This document shows, piece by piece, positions 43,104 through 55,050 of a stretch of 64,000 bases of DNA. How positions within the stretch are numbered: the first letter of the stretch is position 1; each line of letters opens with the position of its first letter. Source of the DNA: the human T2T-CHM13v2.0 reference genome, Homo sapiens; the NCBI RefSeq assembly GCF_009914755.1, contig NC_060931.1. One strand, written 5' to 3'. Position numbers and translations under genes: made by a program. Under the pieces are notes generated by a model, which was not told where the DNA came from, did no database searches, and was given only the letters and a program-made list of their open reading frames with translations.

Positions 43104-46100
43104 GTAAGGGCCCCGCGCTGTGCAGCTCTCCGCTTACCCACTCCAAGGGCCCTGGCACCAGGGGGTCTCTCCCTTCATATCCCCCCAAGCCGGAGGCTCA
43201 GGGGTCGGGGCTTGGGGGAATTGGAGGGAGGTCCTCCCCACGTGCAGATTCTCAAACGGAAACTTTGGATCCTGGGGCTTGGAGGGTTGCGAGCAGTGAT
43301 GGCGGGTCTGAAAGGAAGGGGCAAACGAGGCACAGCGCGAGGCGAGGTACCCCTACGATTCCGACGGTCACTGAGTCCAGCCGAATGTGGCGAAAGCAGC
43401 CTGGGAGCTGCGCTGTCCCGGCGTCGCTCCCTATTCCAGCCCCCCATTCCCTCTACTGTTGCTGACCCCCCTCCCGCCACCCACTCCAGATGCAGCCATG
43501 GACAAGACAAGGAGAGCTTCGTCCCTCCCGCCCCTCGGGTTCCTTCCTGCTGGGGTCTGACCGCGTCTTCTGTGCGTGTGGGATGGAGGCCCGGCTCGCC
43601 CGGGCTCCGAGCTGTCCCCCGGCTCCGCTTTCGGAGCAGCCCTTGGGCGCTGGAGAGGTTTCCCATTGCGGTCTCCAGGTCATGGCCAAGGAGGAGAAGC
43701 AATTAGAATGGGGGAAAGGGTCCCAAGACAAAGGAGAGGGAAGCATTCTGCAATCCCATCCTATTTGAGCCCCGCGCAGGAGCTGGACTGTCCGCCGTGG
43801 CTGGGGGACAAGGTCTCAGCCCGAAGCTCATGAGGTACCAGACAGTGCCTGGGCTTCGCCACCTAACTCACAATGGGTCCTGAACGGCCCGGGCAGTCCC
43901 CGGGGTCGTAGACTGGGGACCGCTGCACCCCTCCCCGCCCGCAATGTCCCTTGGAGTCCGCACCTGAGGTCCCAGGCAATCGCCGCTAACTTGTAGCTCT
44001 CGGACCCGGACAGGTGCGGTCCATGCCTGGTGCCGGTAGACGCGCAGAAATTCCACCTGTGCGCGCTGCCCGGCGCCCCTGGGGCCCCTCACGGGGTAAG
44101 TAGAGACTCATCTGGGAGAGGTGAAAATTCCCCAGAATTATTGACACACACGGCGGCACACCCTTTGCCTCCGTCCGCCTCCAGCATCCGCATCCCTTTC
44201 TCTATCTTCCTGCCCATTGCCGTCCTCGAGGCTGCCCTGAGATACAGAATTGTCCCAAGCTGAGTCCACCGACCCGCCAGTCCCTGGCGATGATGCCAAG
44301 GCTCTTGCATGTACGGAAATACCAGCAGGGAGGTTCGCCAGGGGCAGAGAGGCTGGAGGAGAACAGAGAATTGGAGGTAAACGCGTAAAGCCAGCAGAAC
44401 TGTCGGTGGACATTTCACCCAGGCCGCCCTCCCGCGTCTTTAAGTCAGTTCACCGCCACAGCACGTCTGTGACTGCGGCCACCCAGGGCTCCAAGTCTGC
44501 CAGCCCAGGCGCCGCGAGCCAAGAAGAGCGCGGCGCCTCCCACTCCTCAAGCTCCGGAATCCCCCACATCGACTTTCTATTTCCCTGTCTTCTTTTCTTT
44601 TTTGTTTGTTTTGCTTTTCCTGCTCTTTTCTTAGCGCTGGGTGGCAGTGGGTATGCGGCAGCCGTGTGATTTGCCCATCCCCTAGTACACGCAGCCAGCG
44701 ACACAAGCACACAGCGACCAGTCCCCACGCTGTGCCACACACCCTCCAGCGGTCCGGCGCGCAGCCCCTGCTCCACAGCCCGGGACGCCTGCAGCCACCG
44801 CCAGGGTCATGGCCATGGCCCACGCAGGGCTCTGCGGGTGGAGAGGGGAAGTCAGCCTAGACTCCAGAGAGAAACCCTGGGGCAACCCGAAAGGCCTGAG
44901 GAAAACTGGAATTGGGGTTAGGCATGAGGGGAGGGAGTCTCTGGGGAAAACGGGCCGGGCTGTGCGGAGCCCTGAGGGCTCCTGCGGCTGCAGCGCTGCA
45001 GGCCGCCCGCGTCTCGCCCCGCCCCGCCGCTGGGCGTCCCCGCCAGGAGCCCACCCGCGGGCGGCAGCTTTTCTCCATGCTGCCCAGGGAAGTTCGATGC
45101 CTGGTGCTGGGATGCGCCAGCGCTTCTGTTCGCTTCTGGCAATCCTGGCGTCTCCCAATGAGAGGGCTCTCAAAATGAAGCTTTTAATAAACTCCAGAGT
45201 AAGGAACTCGGGATTGTGCGGCCAAGGCCGCGCATTGCACTTTGTGAGCAATCGGTAAATATGCGCAAGCATATGATAGGAAATATATGCATTTTCATTG
45301 ATAAGAAAAAAAAGAGATGATGGTATTTTTAAACAGAAGCCACAAACAGGCGTACCTGTGCCATTGTTGGGGAGCTAATAATAAAGGCACTGATGATCAC
45401 AGGAGTAAGAACAATTGACTTGGCCAAGAGACAATTTTAAGCTGGGAACTGTATTCGGCTGCAGTTCAGAAAGTGGACTTTTGAGACTTGTCAAACGAAT
45501 GGAAGAATTTTGTGCCAACAATGTCCCAGCTTTGCAGGCTTGGCAGCTGAGGACTCAGAGGTAATAAATTAATGCCAGGTGAATTATTATTGTTACTACT
45601 ATTATCAATAATGTGTTCCAGTTGCAGCAATACAATGGATAAGCAACTTCCTATTGACTCTATTTGCTTTCCTGGGCTAGACAATAATGCCAATTAAAAC
45701 TTAAAAAATTTAACCTGACCCTAAAAAGAGGTGAGAACTCCAGCCAAATCTGTTTACCATTTTAAAATAAAGCTCTGTGAATGAGGTGGGGTGGGAATGC
45801 GGGAAAGTTTTGGGACTCCAAATTCCCAGGGCTAGACTGTCTGAAAGATGCTTCATTTTCCTATAAAATAAAGAGGCATGTTTGTTTGTAGAAGGGTGCT
45901 TGAGGGTGCCTGGAGGCGAATTGGAGTGAGCAAATAGGTGGATTTGAATACTGTCATAGTTCCAGTAAAAGGGAACCCAAAGAGCATGTTTTCAGCTCTC
46001 AACTAACTTCAGAGTCAGATGTGGAAAGAACTAGCAGGTGAAATACTGGTAAAAGTCCCTTTGGAGTGAGTTCCCATGGTCCTTCAATTTTGGGAGGCTG

Positions 46101-48713
46101 AGACTGTTGTCTTCATGTTAAAAAACAAACAAACAAAAACACATATTGCTCTAAATTTGACCCTATCGCCTTCATTGCCCAGAAAGTCCAGATAGTCAAG
46201 CATCCAGATGTGTCTCTACTGGACAATTTTCCAATTCCAATTCCAGAGCAGCCATTCCCCAGGGCCAATAGGAATGGGTGGTTTCAGAGGTCCAAAGAAA
46301 ACAGTCCCAGACTGCTGGCAGGTAGGGAAGGCACAAAAAGCATGAATGACACTGTCTTCAATGGAAGTTAGGCTGGCTAATTAGGAGTCCTATGTCTCTC
46401 TGACCCACAACAATGAGTAAAGTTAAAACAAGTACAAAAGAGGGAGAAGAGAAGAAATTAGAACAAAAGGGAAATGAAGACGGAATGGGAGAGAGAAAAA
46501 TGAGGACAAGAATCTGTAGGTATATCAATAATCGTGCTGGATTCAACCTCCATCACTGATGTCAGCCTTTGTTTAGAATATGCCTGTGAGCGAACCCTTT
46601 CTATTATCTTCACAAGATCACCCAGACACCATTCTCAATCCTGTCTTAAACTTTTCCCACTTTACTCAAGAGGACAGAGACTGACAGAAACATTTTGCCA
46701 CACAGTTCTCTTGAAGAATTGGTTTTCTTTATTTAAACTTATATTTGACTTGCTTGAGATTTTATGACATGGACTCTCCGTGGCATAGTTCCCAATAGAC
46801 TCCTATGTATCGAAAGCCACCAATGTCCACCTTGTGACTACTAACAACTGGCTTTTGCTTCCTGTACCCACTCTGTCCACCTTTGGTTCATTGAGCAGGC
46901 ATCAGGACTTCTCTCATTTAAGATAAATGGCATAAGTATACTGATTGCATATCCCACAGCTCACCTGGCCTATGTGGTGGAGGTGGTGTGTGGGGAAAGA
47001 GATGCAAGTCACCTTTCCTTAGGCAGGTATTTTTGCTGAGTGTATTCTAAGTCCTTGGCATTATTCTAAGCATCTTCCCATATGATATTTTCTGTTTTGT
47101 CAGTTGCTTTAGCCTCACTGCTTAAAATACAGCCAGGCATACCTAAGAAACATATTAAATCTCTTTTGAATGAGTTAATACAGCAATCAATTTTCTCATT
47201 TTATCTTTGCAACAATCCTATGTAGTAGATGTTATTTTCTACAGGAAGAAATCAGCATTCAGAGGGGTCTGGTAATGACCCGAGATCATACAGCTAGTAA
47301 GTTGCAGCCCCTGGATTCAAACACAAGCTTGTTGGACTCCACTGTCTTAGTTCTTATAGTGTGTCAATCAGTTCGCTATAAATAGTTGTGGCACTTGTTT
47401 TCCCTGTGTTTGGGGAAAACAAAACCATGGCATTCAGAAGTTCAATGATGTTCTCCCCATCTGTTAATACAACTTTGCATGTTTTTGTTAAGGTCCTCCA
47501 AACCTTAAGCAAAGAAGAGGCAGTGCTGAGTAGGTTCTTAGTTGGCACGTGCTTGTCTTGTTTAGTCAGTGATTGCCTCTGGCAGAGGTAAACGAGGGCA
47601 CCAAAATTTTGGCAGATGCCATTTTCACCTCTCAGCAATACTAAGACATTATTAAACAGAAGTTCTTTTGTCTGATGCATAGTAATAAAAGATAATTTTG
47701 ATATCATTCAGCTGAGTTCATGATAGGAAGCAGATCAAGAGACTTTTTCAAGGTGACACAGCTAACCAAGAACTGCATAAGAACACACACATCCCAATCC
47801 CAGTCTGGTTGTCTCTCCATTTTTTCATGCTAAATGAGTTCTCTTTTTCTATAAGATTGTTGGCACTTAAGATTCTGAATTTCAATGGCCCCATTTACTT
47901 TTAATTAGTATTTATTATCCACATGTGCTTTGAAAAGTATAATGTTACTTTGTAAACTGCTATTAGCAAAGAATGAGGTAGGTTCCAGTTGGTTTGCCTC
48001 TTTCCACTCTTTATATATCTTTGTCTTACTTTATTTATTTCTCTTTTTTTTTCTTCACATGTTCTAGCTCCTTCTTTTATACTATGACCTAAATATACAA
48101 TCATCTTAACTGGTGCTGTTACCATGGTAATGTTTCATGGTAGATAAGGGTACACACTAAAAACTCAGTTTTCTCATTTTCTTTCATTAGTAATGGAATT
48201 CCTTCTGTCTCTCTTTTTTTTCTCTGTCTTCCCCCATGCCCCCTCCCTCTCTCTCTGCCCCCCCTCTCTCCCCTCTTCCCTCCCAAATCCAAGCTTTCAC
48301 TGAATGATGCCCTCTGGTGTTCAATAACTGGAAGCACATTGGATTGGATAGGACAAGGACATCCGTTTTAAAGCTTAGGGAGAATTTCAATTTCAAACAA
48401 AAATTCAACTGGACCTAAGCAAGAAGGACTTTGAATTAATATGTTTTTAAGCAAAGAGATTAGTAGAATACATTTGTTGTCTGGGCATGTCAAATGTTGT
48501 TTACTATGTATACAGTTATGGCAAAGGGGTGGGAAGGATATTTATACCCTTACAGGTTTAACATTGTTATGAAAATGTTCTTATGGAAGAAAAAGAGATG
48601 CCACCGAGATATCCCTGGGAGGATAGTCTGATAGAATATTCTGCACATTTAAGTCTTTAAGACTTCTAAATGGAAGTCTTCTATCTTTAGAATGGAAACA
48701 TTTTTCTTGCTGA

Positions 48714-48930
48714 ATATATATATATATATATGTAAAAAATGCATGTGTGTGTATGTGTGTATATATATACACATATATACATATATACACACATATATAC
48801 ATATATACACACATATATACATATATATACACACACATACACACACATGAATTTTATATATATATATATATCTCCAGCAAGAAAAAAAAATATATACATA
48901 TATACATATACATACACACATACACACACG
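48714..48930. repeat. (TA)/(TG)/(CA) compound microsatellite forming a quasi-palindrome
   Basis: Visible alternating RY tract; see finding. Confidence 0.92.
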
Positions 48931-49059
48931 CGTGAGAAAGAAAGAGTGGAGGTATTTGTTAGGTGAGAAACGTAGACGTTTTACTCTTACTTACATGATT
49001 GTGTGAATAATAATATCAAGCTGCACATTTTTATTAATCCCTAAATACATGGCAAACTA

Positions 49060-49560
49060 GAAGTGAGGTTGATATGCTATAAACATATCTTCTTTCTTTC
49101 TCATTCCAAATTCCACTGCTGCCCTCTGATCAGACCCCAGGTTAAATCTGTTCCCTCAGAGGCTTCCCTGGAATCCATCCCCCTCTTTCCATCCAGGCAT
49201 CTTTTCAGACCTTTCGCACCTCTCACATGAACTATCACCAGAGCCATATGCTTCTAACCGGTCTCCCACTCTCCAGTCTTTCTCTAGTACAAGCTACTCC
49301 TCACATTGCCAGAGTGACCTTTCTAAAATGCAAATCTGAACATGTCGTTCTCCCGTTTAAAATTCTTCAGTGTTTCTCAACAGTCTAGGATAAACCCTGA
49401 GATCAAACCCATGTGAGAGCTTCCATAGCTCATAGAGCTGTTTTGCCAGCCATCTTTCTCACAGGCATTTCTTCATCCTCCAACTGCACAAGGAAAGAAT
49501 CCATGCACATAGCTTAGTGTAATGACTGGTACAGTGTACATGCTAAATAAATACTAGCCA
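49060..49560. mobile_element. L2 remnant
   Basis: TGCCAGAGTGACCTTTCTAAAATGCAAATCTGAACATG...TAGGATAAA. Confidence 0.65.
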
Positions 49561-52500
49561 ATATATTTATTTCCCCTTTATTCTCCTCCTCCTCTTCCTC
49601 CTCTTCGTGGAATTTATTATTATTATAATACTAACAGGCAATGATAAGCTTCACACTTATACTCTAGCCATTCCTCAAACTAATAATAATACTCATGAAA
49701 AGGTATGATATAATATGATGAAGTTAATGAATATTTGGCATCCTCTATCTCATTTAATCTCTCACAGCCATGTGCACCACCTGGTGCCCACTAGGTGCTC
49801 AGTATATTCCTGTTATTTTTATATACCTAATCAATATAATAATAATGACATTTTTAGCCCTTATTATTCATAGCAACACGTTTTGGAAGGCGAAGCCATG
49901 GGTGTTTTTATTTTAAAAAACAAATTATTTACAAAGGAGTTAACTTATAAAAATGCTAGGCAACTTGGATGGTTTTATCTGGTGCTGGTAGTAGAGTAAC
50001 AGCTAGAACTTGTTAGGGATACAGATGACGTGAGAATAGAGGCCATATTTTATAAATGATGGCAATATACACTTACATTTGTATTTCTGTCTTCTCTTTA
50101 AAACGAAACCAAATGCCCTGATGTTTCCAAATAACACAATTAAGTGGAATTTTTAAAATCACTTTCTATTTTCAAAATAATTTTACTATTATTTTATTGC
50201 ATAGTGTGCAACCGCATAGATACCCACAGTACCCCTCCATTTTATCGTATCAAAGAAACTGTAGGCAACTTCATAGGCTGAGGGCTATTTTAAGTTCAAA
50301 TTTCCAGCACATGGACAATGAGTAACAGCAACAATAAAACTGAGGATCTACATTTTTAAGATTAGTGCAAAATACATAACAAAAACTGTAGTAGCGAGGC
50401 AGTCTTTTGAAGCTATCTGTATTTATTGGGCTCAGAAAAACAGGACCTCTCTTTTCTGAGGCTGAGAATCCTAAATATCCTTGAATATTGACCTCTTGGC
50501 AGAACTGGGCCCACTTTTTCAAAAGTCAATATTCATAAGTCACCAGGTATAGTGCTTTAAATGATAAGATTCTGAATTACTTAAATAACTACTATCTTCT
50601 AAGAAGTCATTTAAAAGAGATTAATTCACAGGTTGAGTATCTGAGACACTTTATTCCTCTTGTAAAGACATTGAGTCAGGCTGGGAATTAGGGACAGGAA
50701 TCTAGATTTTTAACCAGCCCCTTCCATGATACTGAGGTGGGAAATCACAGGACTGCATTTTAAATAACAGATTGATGAACTGGAACATAGAAGGCATCAA
50801 GGAGGAAAGAAGATAGGATGTACAACTCAAAATGTTGCTGCCAATAGTACTATATGTATTTTCCATTAGGGCCCGGACAGAGAGCTTTGCTGTAGCCGGA
50901 GACTTTTTGATTTGTTAGGCAAATTCTAGTGTGAACAATGAATAACGGTTCAGGAAGACAGCTATAGATTAAGAAGCACATCTTTCAATGTAGAGGAAAC
51001 CTAGATACCTGTGTGTTTAGATGGGACACAGTCCCATTTGCATACAATATGTCCTTGGAGTTAAATCAGTCTCGGCTACTTAAGAAATAAGTACTTGATT
51101 TCTTTTCTATTTCTTATTTTTTTCCTTCTTAAATTCCTTTCATTCGTTTAATATCTTCACAGATCATATATATCTTCATGATTCCAGAGCTCCTCTCTGC
51201 ATTCTTCTATCTGGTGTTCTGTGTAGATTCTTATTACTAATGTAGCTGGATCAAGCACCTGGACTTCTTCCTCTTCTTCTCTCCCAACTCTAGTGGAGGA
51301 GTTAGAGAAAGTGAGAGAATTGTCTTAAATGTTAATGCTGATACATTTCACTGTCATTGTTGCAAAATGTTGTTGCATTCTGATGATCCCAAGTAACAGG
51401 CGGGTATGATACCTCCTCTAGGAATAAGAAAGTTATAATGACTTTTCTTGATGTTATTGTTCACCCTTAGTCATGCTGATGATTCTTCTGTTTGAATAAA
51501 GCAAATAAGCTGTTCTTCACCTCCTCATTCATGCCAAGCCAATAAACAAGACAGAATCATGTTGGAAAACAAGCTTCTTATTTCTTATTTAATTAACTAC
51601 CAAGGAACTCTTTAGGAGGAATGTGATCGTGAGCTAAATAATTACCTGAAGCCTAATTTTTCTTCCTTTCTATAAAAGATAAGCACAGAATAATTTGATT
51701 GGTAGAGGAAAAAAATACATTTCACAACCAGTTTTACATTGTTGAACACGATGAAGATTTTCTAATACTCTGCCTTCCTTGGCACTGTTACAAAGGGAAG
51801 AGCTTCTACCATAACCAGCATGAAAATAGAAAGTGATAAGAAAATTCTACTTAATTGTGTTCTTTGGAGAGCATCAGGGCATTTGGTTTCATTTTAGGGA
51901 GAAGATAAAGAGCAGCCCCAGGGCCAAAGCATGTTTCCCAGATATGCCCACTGTTTTCTTGCTTTATCCTCAAAATTACTTTTCTATGAGATTTTATCAG
52001 TGGAGTAGGCAGTTATGTCTTCGCATGTAAGCCTAAATAATAAAGACTTTATTTTTCTTTGTGCTATGCTGGATGGAGGTACTGAAGGCAGGAGGAAGGG
52101 TAGATGATATAGGTTTAATTTCTATTCTCTCTGGCAACTGGGTATCATTCAACAGTAAACAAGCAATCTCAGTTTTGCTTTATTTTAAAATAAGCCTCAC
52201 TGGATATTTTCCATGGCTAGTTATATCCTTATCAGGGGAAATTTCAGAATTTGGGGTGAGATACTCTTCTGTGACAATAATAATGGCAACAAAAACCACG
52301 AAATGACAGCTGCTGTTTTTTAAGTGTTTACCAAATTTTAGAATCTATGCCATTTCTTTACATGTATTGTTTCTATACCTCATGCCCACCCGATGTGGTA
52401 AATTTATTCATTTTTCTTTCTAAATCTTGAAACCTTGGCTTGTTGACACTAAACAACTTATTCCAGGTCTAAGAGTGAGTATGTGGCTCAGCATTATTTC

Positions 52501-54324
52501 CACATCTAAGGTCAAGGATCAGTTTTTAATGTTTTTTGTTTTGGTTTACTATACCACAAGCAGTTCTTTCAGAGGATGTCTCACTATATTATTTGGCATC
52601 TAATTCTGATAAGGCTAAGGAAAAAGAGAGAGAGAAGAAAAAGAAATAGAAGCAAGTCTCACTTCTAGTCAGTGTTCAGAAAATGAAGTCATGAAAACAG
52701 ACTTCATGGTAAAGGAATCAGTCTTAGGTGAAGTTTAGAATCTGTCTCCTGGCAACTAACCCCCTGGCTTAGCATAATTTGAATTTAAAAGTGCTTGAGC
52801 CTTCGTAGTTCCCTGGGAGCTCTTTCTAGGCACAGAGGTGGAAAAAGTCTCAGCAAGGCTTTCAGGTATGAAATTTCCAAGGCATACAATATTTATTGAT
52901 GTTTATATAACATATATGTTGCAACATTTCTGTTGATTAGGAGAACATTAAGTATCAGTAAAATGTCATTATTTGATCTCCTTCTATTTCATACTGTTAT
53001 ATCTATTTCCTTCCTCTGCAAAACAATTGCCATTACTTAACCTTAACTTCTGCATTGCAGATGCACAAACAAAAGGCCAAAGAGGCTAGATGTCCTAAGG
53101 GATAAACCTGCTTGGAATAATTCTGTTCCTGTTTACATGTCCATTGTTAACTAACCATTTATTTGCATGCCCCCATATCTTCTGGAAATCATGACTGTCT
53201 ATTGGGAAATGATAATACCAGCTAATTTCTTTTTCACAATTAATTGAAATTTTACACTCTTACATTTCAATATCCATCAACATTTTTACATACTGACACT
53301 TTTAATCAAGGATTATCTTTCACAAGGGAGCTGTAACAGGGCCCTAATTAATTAAAGTGATAATTACTCCTCTCCCTCGCAGTTTGTTAGTTACATAACA
53401 CATTCTCCAGGAAATTCACATCCTTAGCATTCCTCTTTAAATTTCTCTCATTTATAAGGAGATACCTTGGCTTCTATCTCTGTAAGAATTTACTGAAAAC
53501 TCAAATAAATTTATCATCTAGCATTAGGAAAGAAAGGCGGCCATCTTTATTTTTTAGCAAGTTTTCATATTCAAACCAAATAAAATGAGATTTTCCTATC
53601 ATTGAAATGTTCAGTTTGAACCGCAGGGGTCGTTTTCATGGAAAAAAAACAAGATTGTCAAATGACTCCCCTTTGCTATTCACCAGCTTATTCTAGCTTC
53701 TTCATCACAGTGCAAGTTCCCGTGGTCCATTCCTCTTGGATCTTTTTTTTTTTTTTCCACTTCCATTCCTCAGCTGCAATTGCTCTTGCCTCTCTGTAGT
53801 TTATCTTAGTGCGTAAGGTTTGTTACATTCTCTGGTCCGGTTTAATTCCGTTATTTGAGTAGACATGGGATCTAGAGTATTGGCAATTATTGGCAGCCTT
53901 GCTCTCTTCTCCTTTAATAGCTATTGCCCCTGTTCCTATATTTTGGCATCTCTTGGTGTCTGAGATGCACTTTCAGAAATAATTGGTGGTGACTCTAAAT
54001 TCATTCAGTTTATCCCCTAAGACTTGGGAATCCAGATCATTGAAATCCCTGCACCAAATATTGGTCAGATTTGCTAAAGGTCATTCCTGTTTGGTTTGCA
54101 TATTTTAATTATATTAGTGTGACTTACTCATTTCACTTGCAGTAAACATTTGACTACATTTTAAAATTATTATTTCTCCCAAATTCCTGAGTGTTCTTAC
54201 TTTACTTTTCTAATACATGTGAAAATGAAATTTGATACTGAGGTCAGTTATCTGAAATTCAATTAGCTTTTTTTCTGTTACTATATATAATTATTGAAAG
54301 AATTTTTTTCTTGCTGCAATAGTT

Positions 54325-55050
54325 TTTTTAATAGACTTTATTTATTAGGCCAGTTTTAATTTCACAGCAAAATTGAGAAGAACTGTTTCCACAAACCTTT
54401 TGGCCCCACACACACCTACTCCCTTCCACTATCAACCTCCCCCACCAGAGTGATACATTTGTTTCAATTGATGAACTACATTGACACATCAGTATCACCA
54501 GAGCCCATAGTTTACATTAGGGTTCCTGCTTGGTGTTTTGCATTCCCTGATGTCCTAAGGGATATCCTAAGTGTAGTACTTCTCCTTCCCCTTTTGAGTA
54601 AGGCTAAGGCTATTGCATGGCAAATTATCCAGAATGTTACTTAGTTTCATGAGGTATATTATTCTTCATCTTTGTTCATTTAACTTTTACATAAGGTCAA
54701 GTAAAGTGTATAATGAAATTATACACTTTGGACAAGTGTATAATGGTATGTAGATGCCACTGTATGCATGTAGCGTCATACGAAGTATTTCCACTGCCCT
54801 AAAAAGCTTCTGTGCCCCTTCCATCTAGTATCCTCTTTACCTTAACTCCTGACAACCACTGATTTTTTTACTGTCACTATAGTTTGCCTTTACGGACTGT
54901 CATGTAATGGAAATCATACAGTATGTAGTTTTTTAGAATGACTTCTTTCACTTAGTAACAACTTTTTTCACCTGGTGTGTAAATTCAAATCATTTCAGGT
55001 TCCTCCATGTCTTTTCATGGCTTGATAGTTCCCTTCTTTTTAGCACTGAA
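54325..55050 (-). mobile_element. L1MC-type 3' UTR fragment interrupted by templated insertions
   Basis: CAGTTTTAATTTCACAGCAAAATTGAG, TGATGAACTACATTGACACATC, CACTGCCCTAAAAA, GGTTCCTCCATGTCTTTTCATGGCTTGATAG. Confidence 0.8.

Larger units (their letters stand above)
42330..45270. promoter_or_regulatory. CpG island / promoter region
   Basis: Abrupt switch to GC-rich, CpG-dense, repeat-free sequence; GC box GGGCGGGG at ~42722; AT-rich TATA-like AATTTAA at ~42738. Confidence 0.92.

Noticed and set aside
43405-43630. GCTGTCC half-sites resembling REST/RE1
   Set aside because: Only one half present; no GGTGCTGA partner at canonical spacing
42803-45272. Many overlapping ORFs up to 255 aa in the CpG island
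   Set aside because: Expected from stop-codon scarcity in GC-rich DNA; no recognisable domain; the longest starts at TTG and runs through the splice donor
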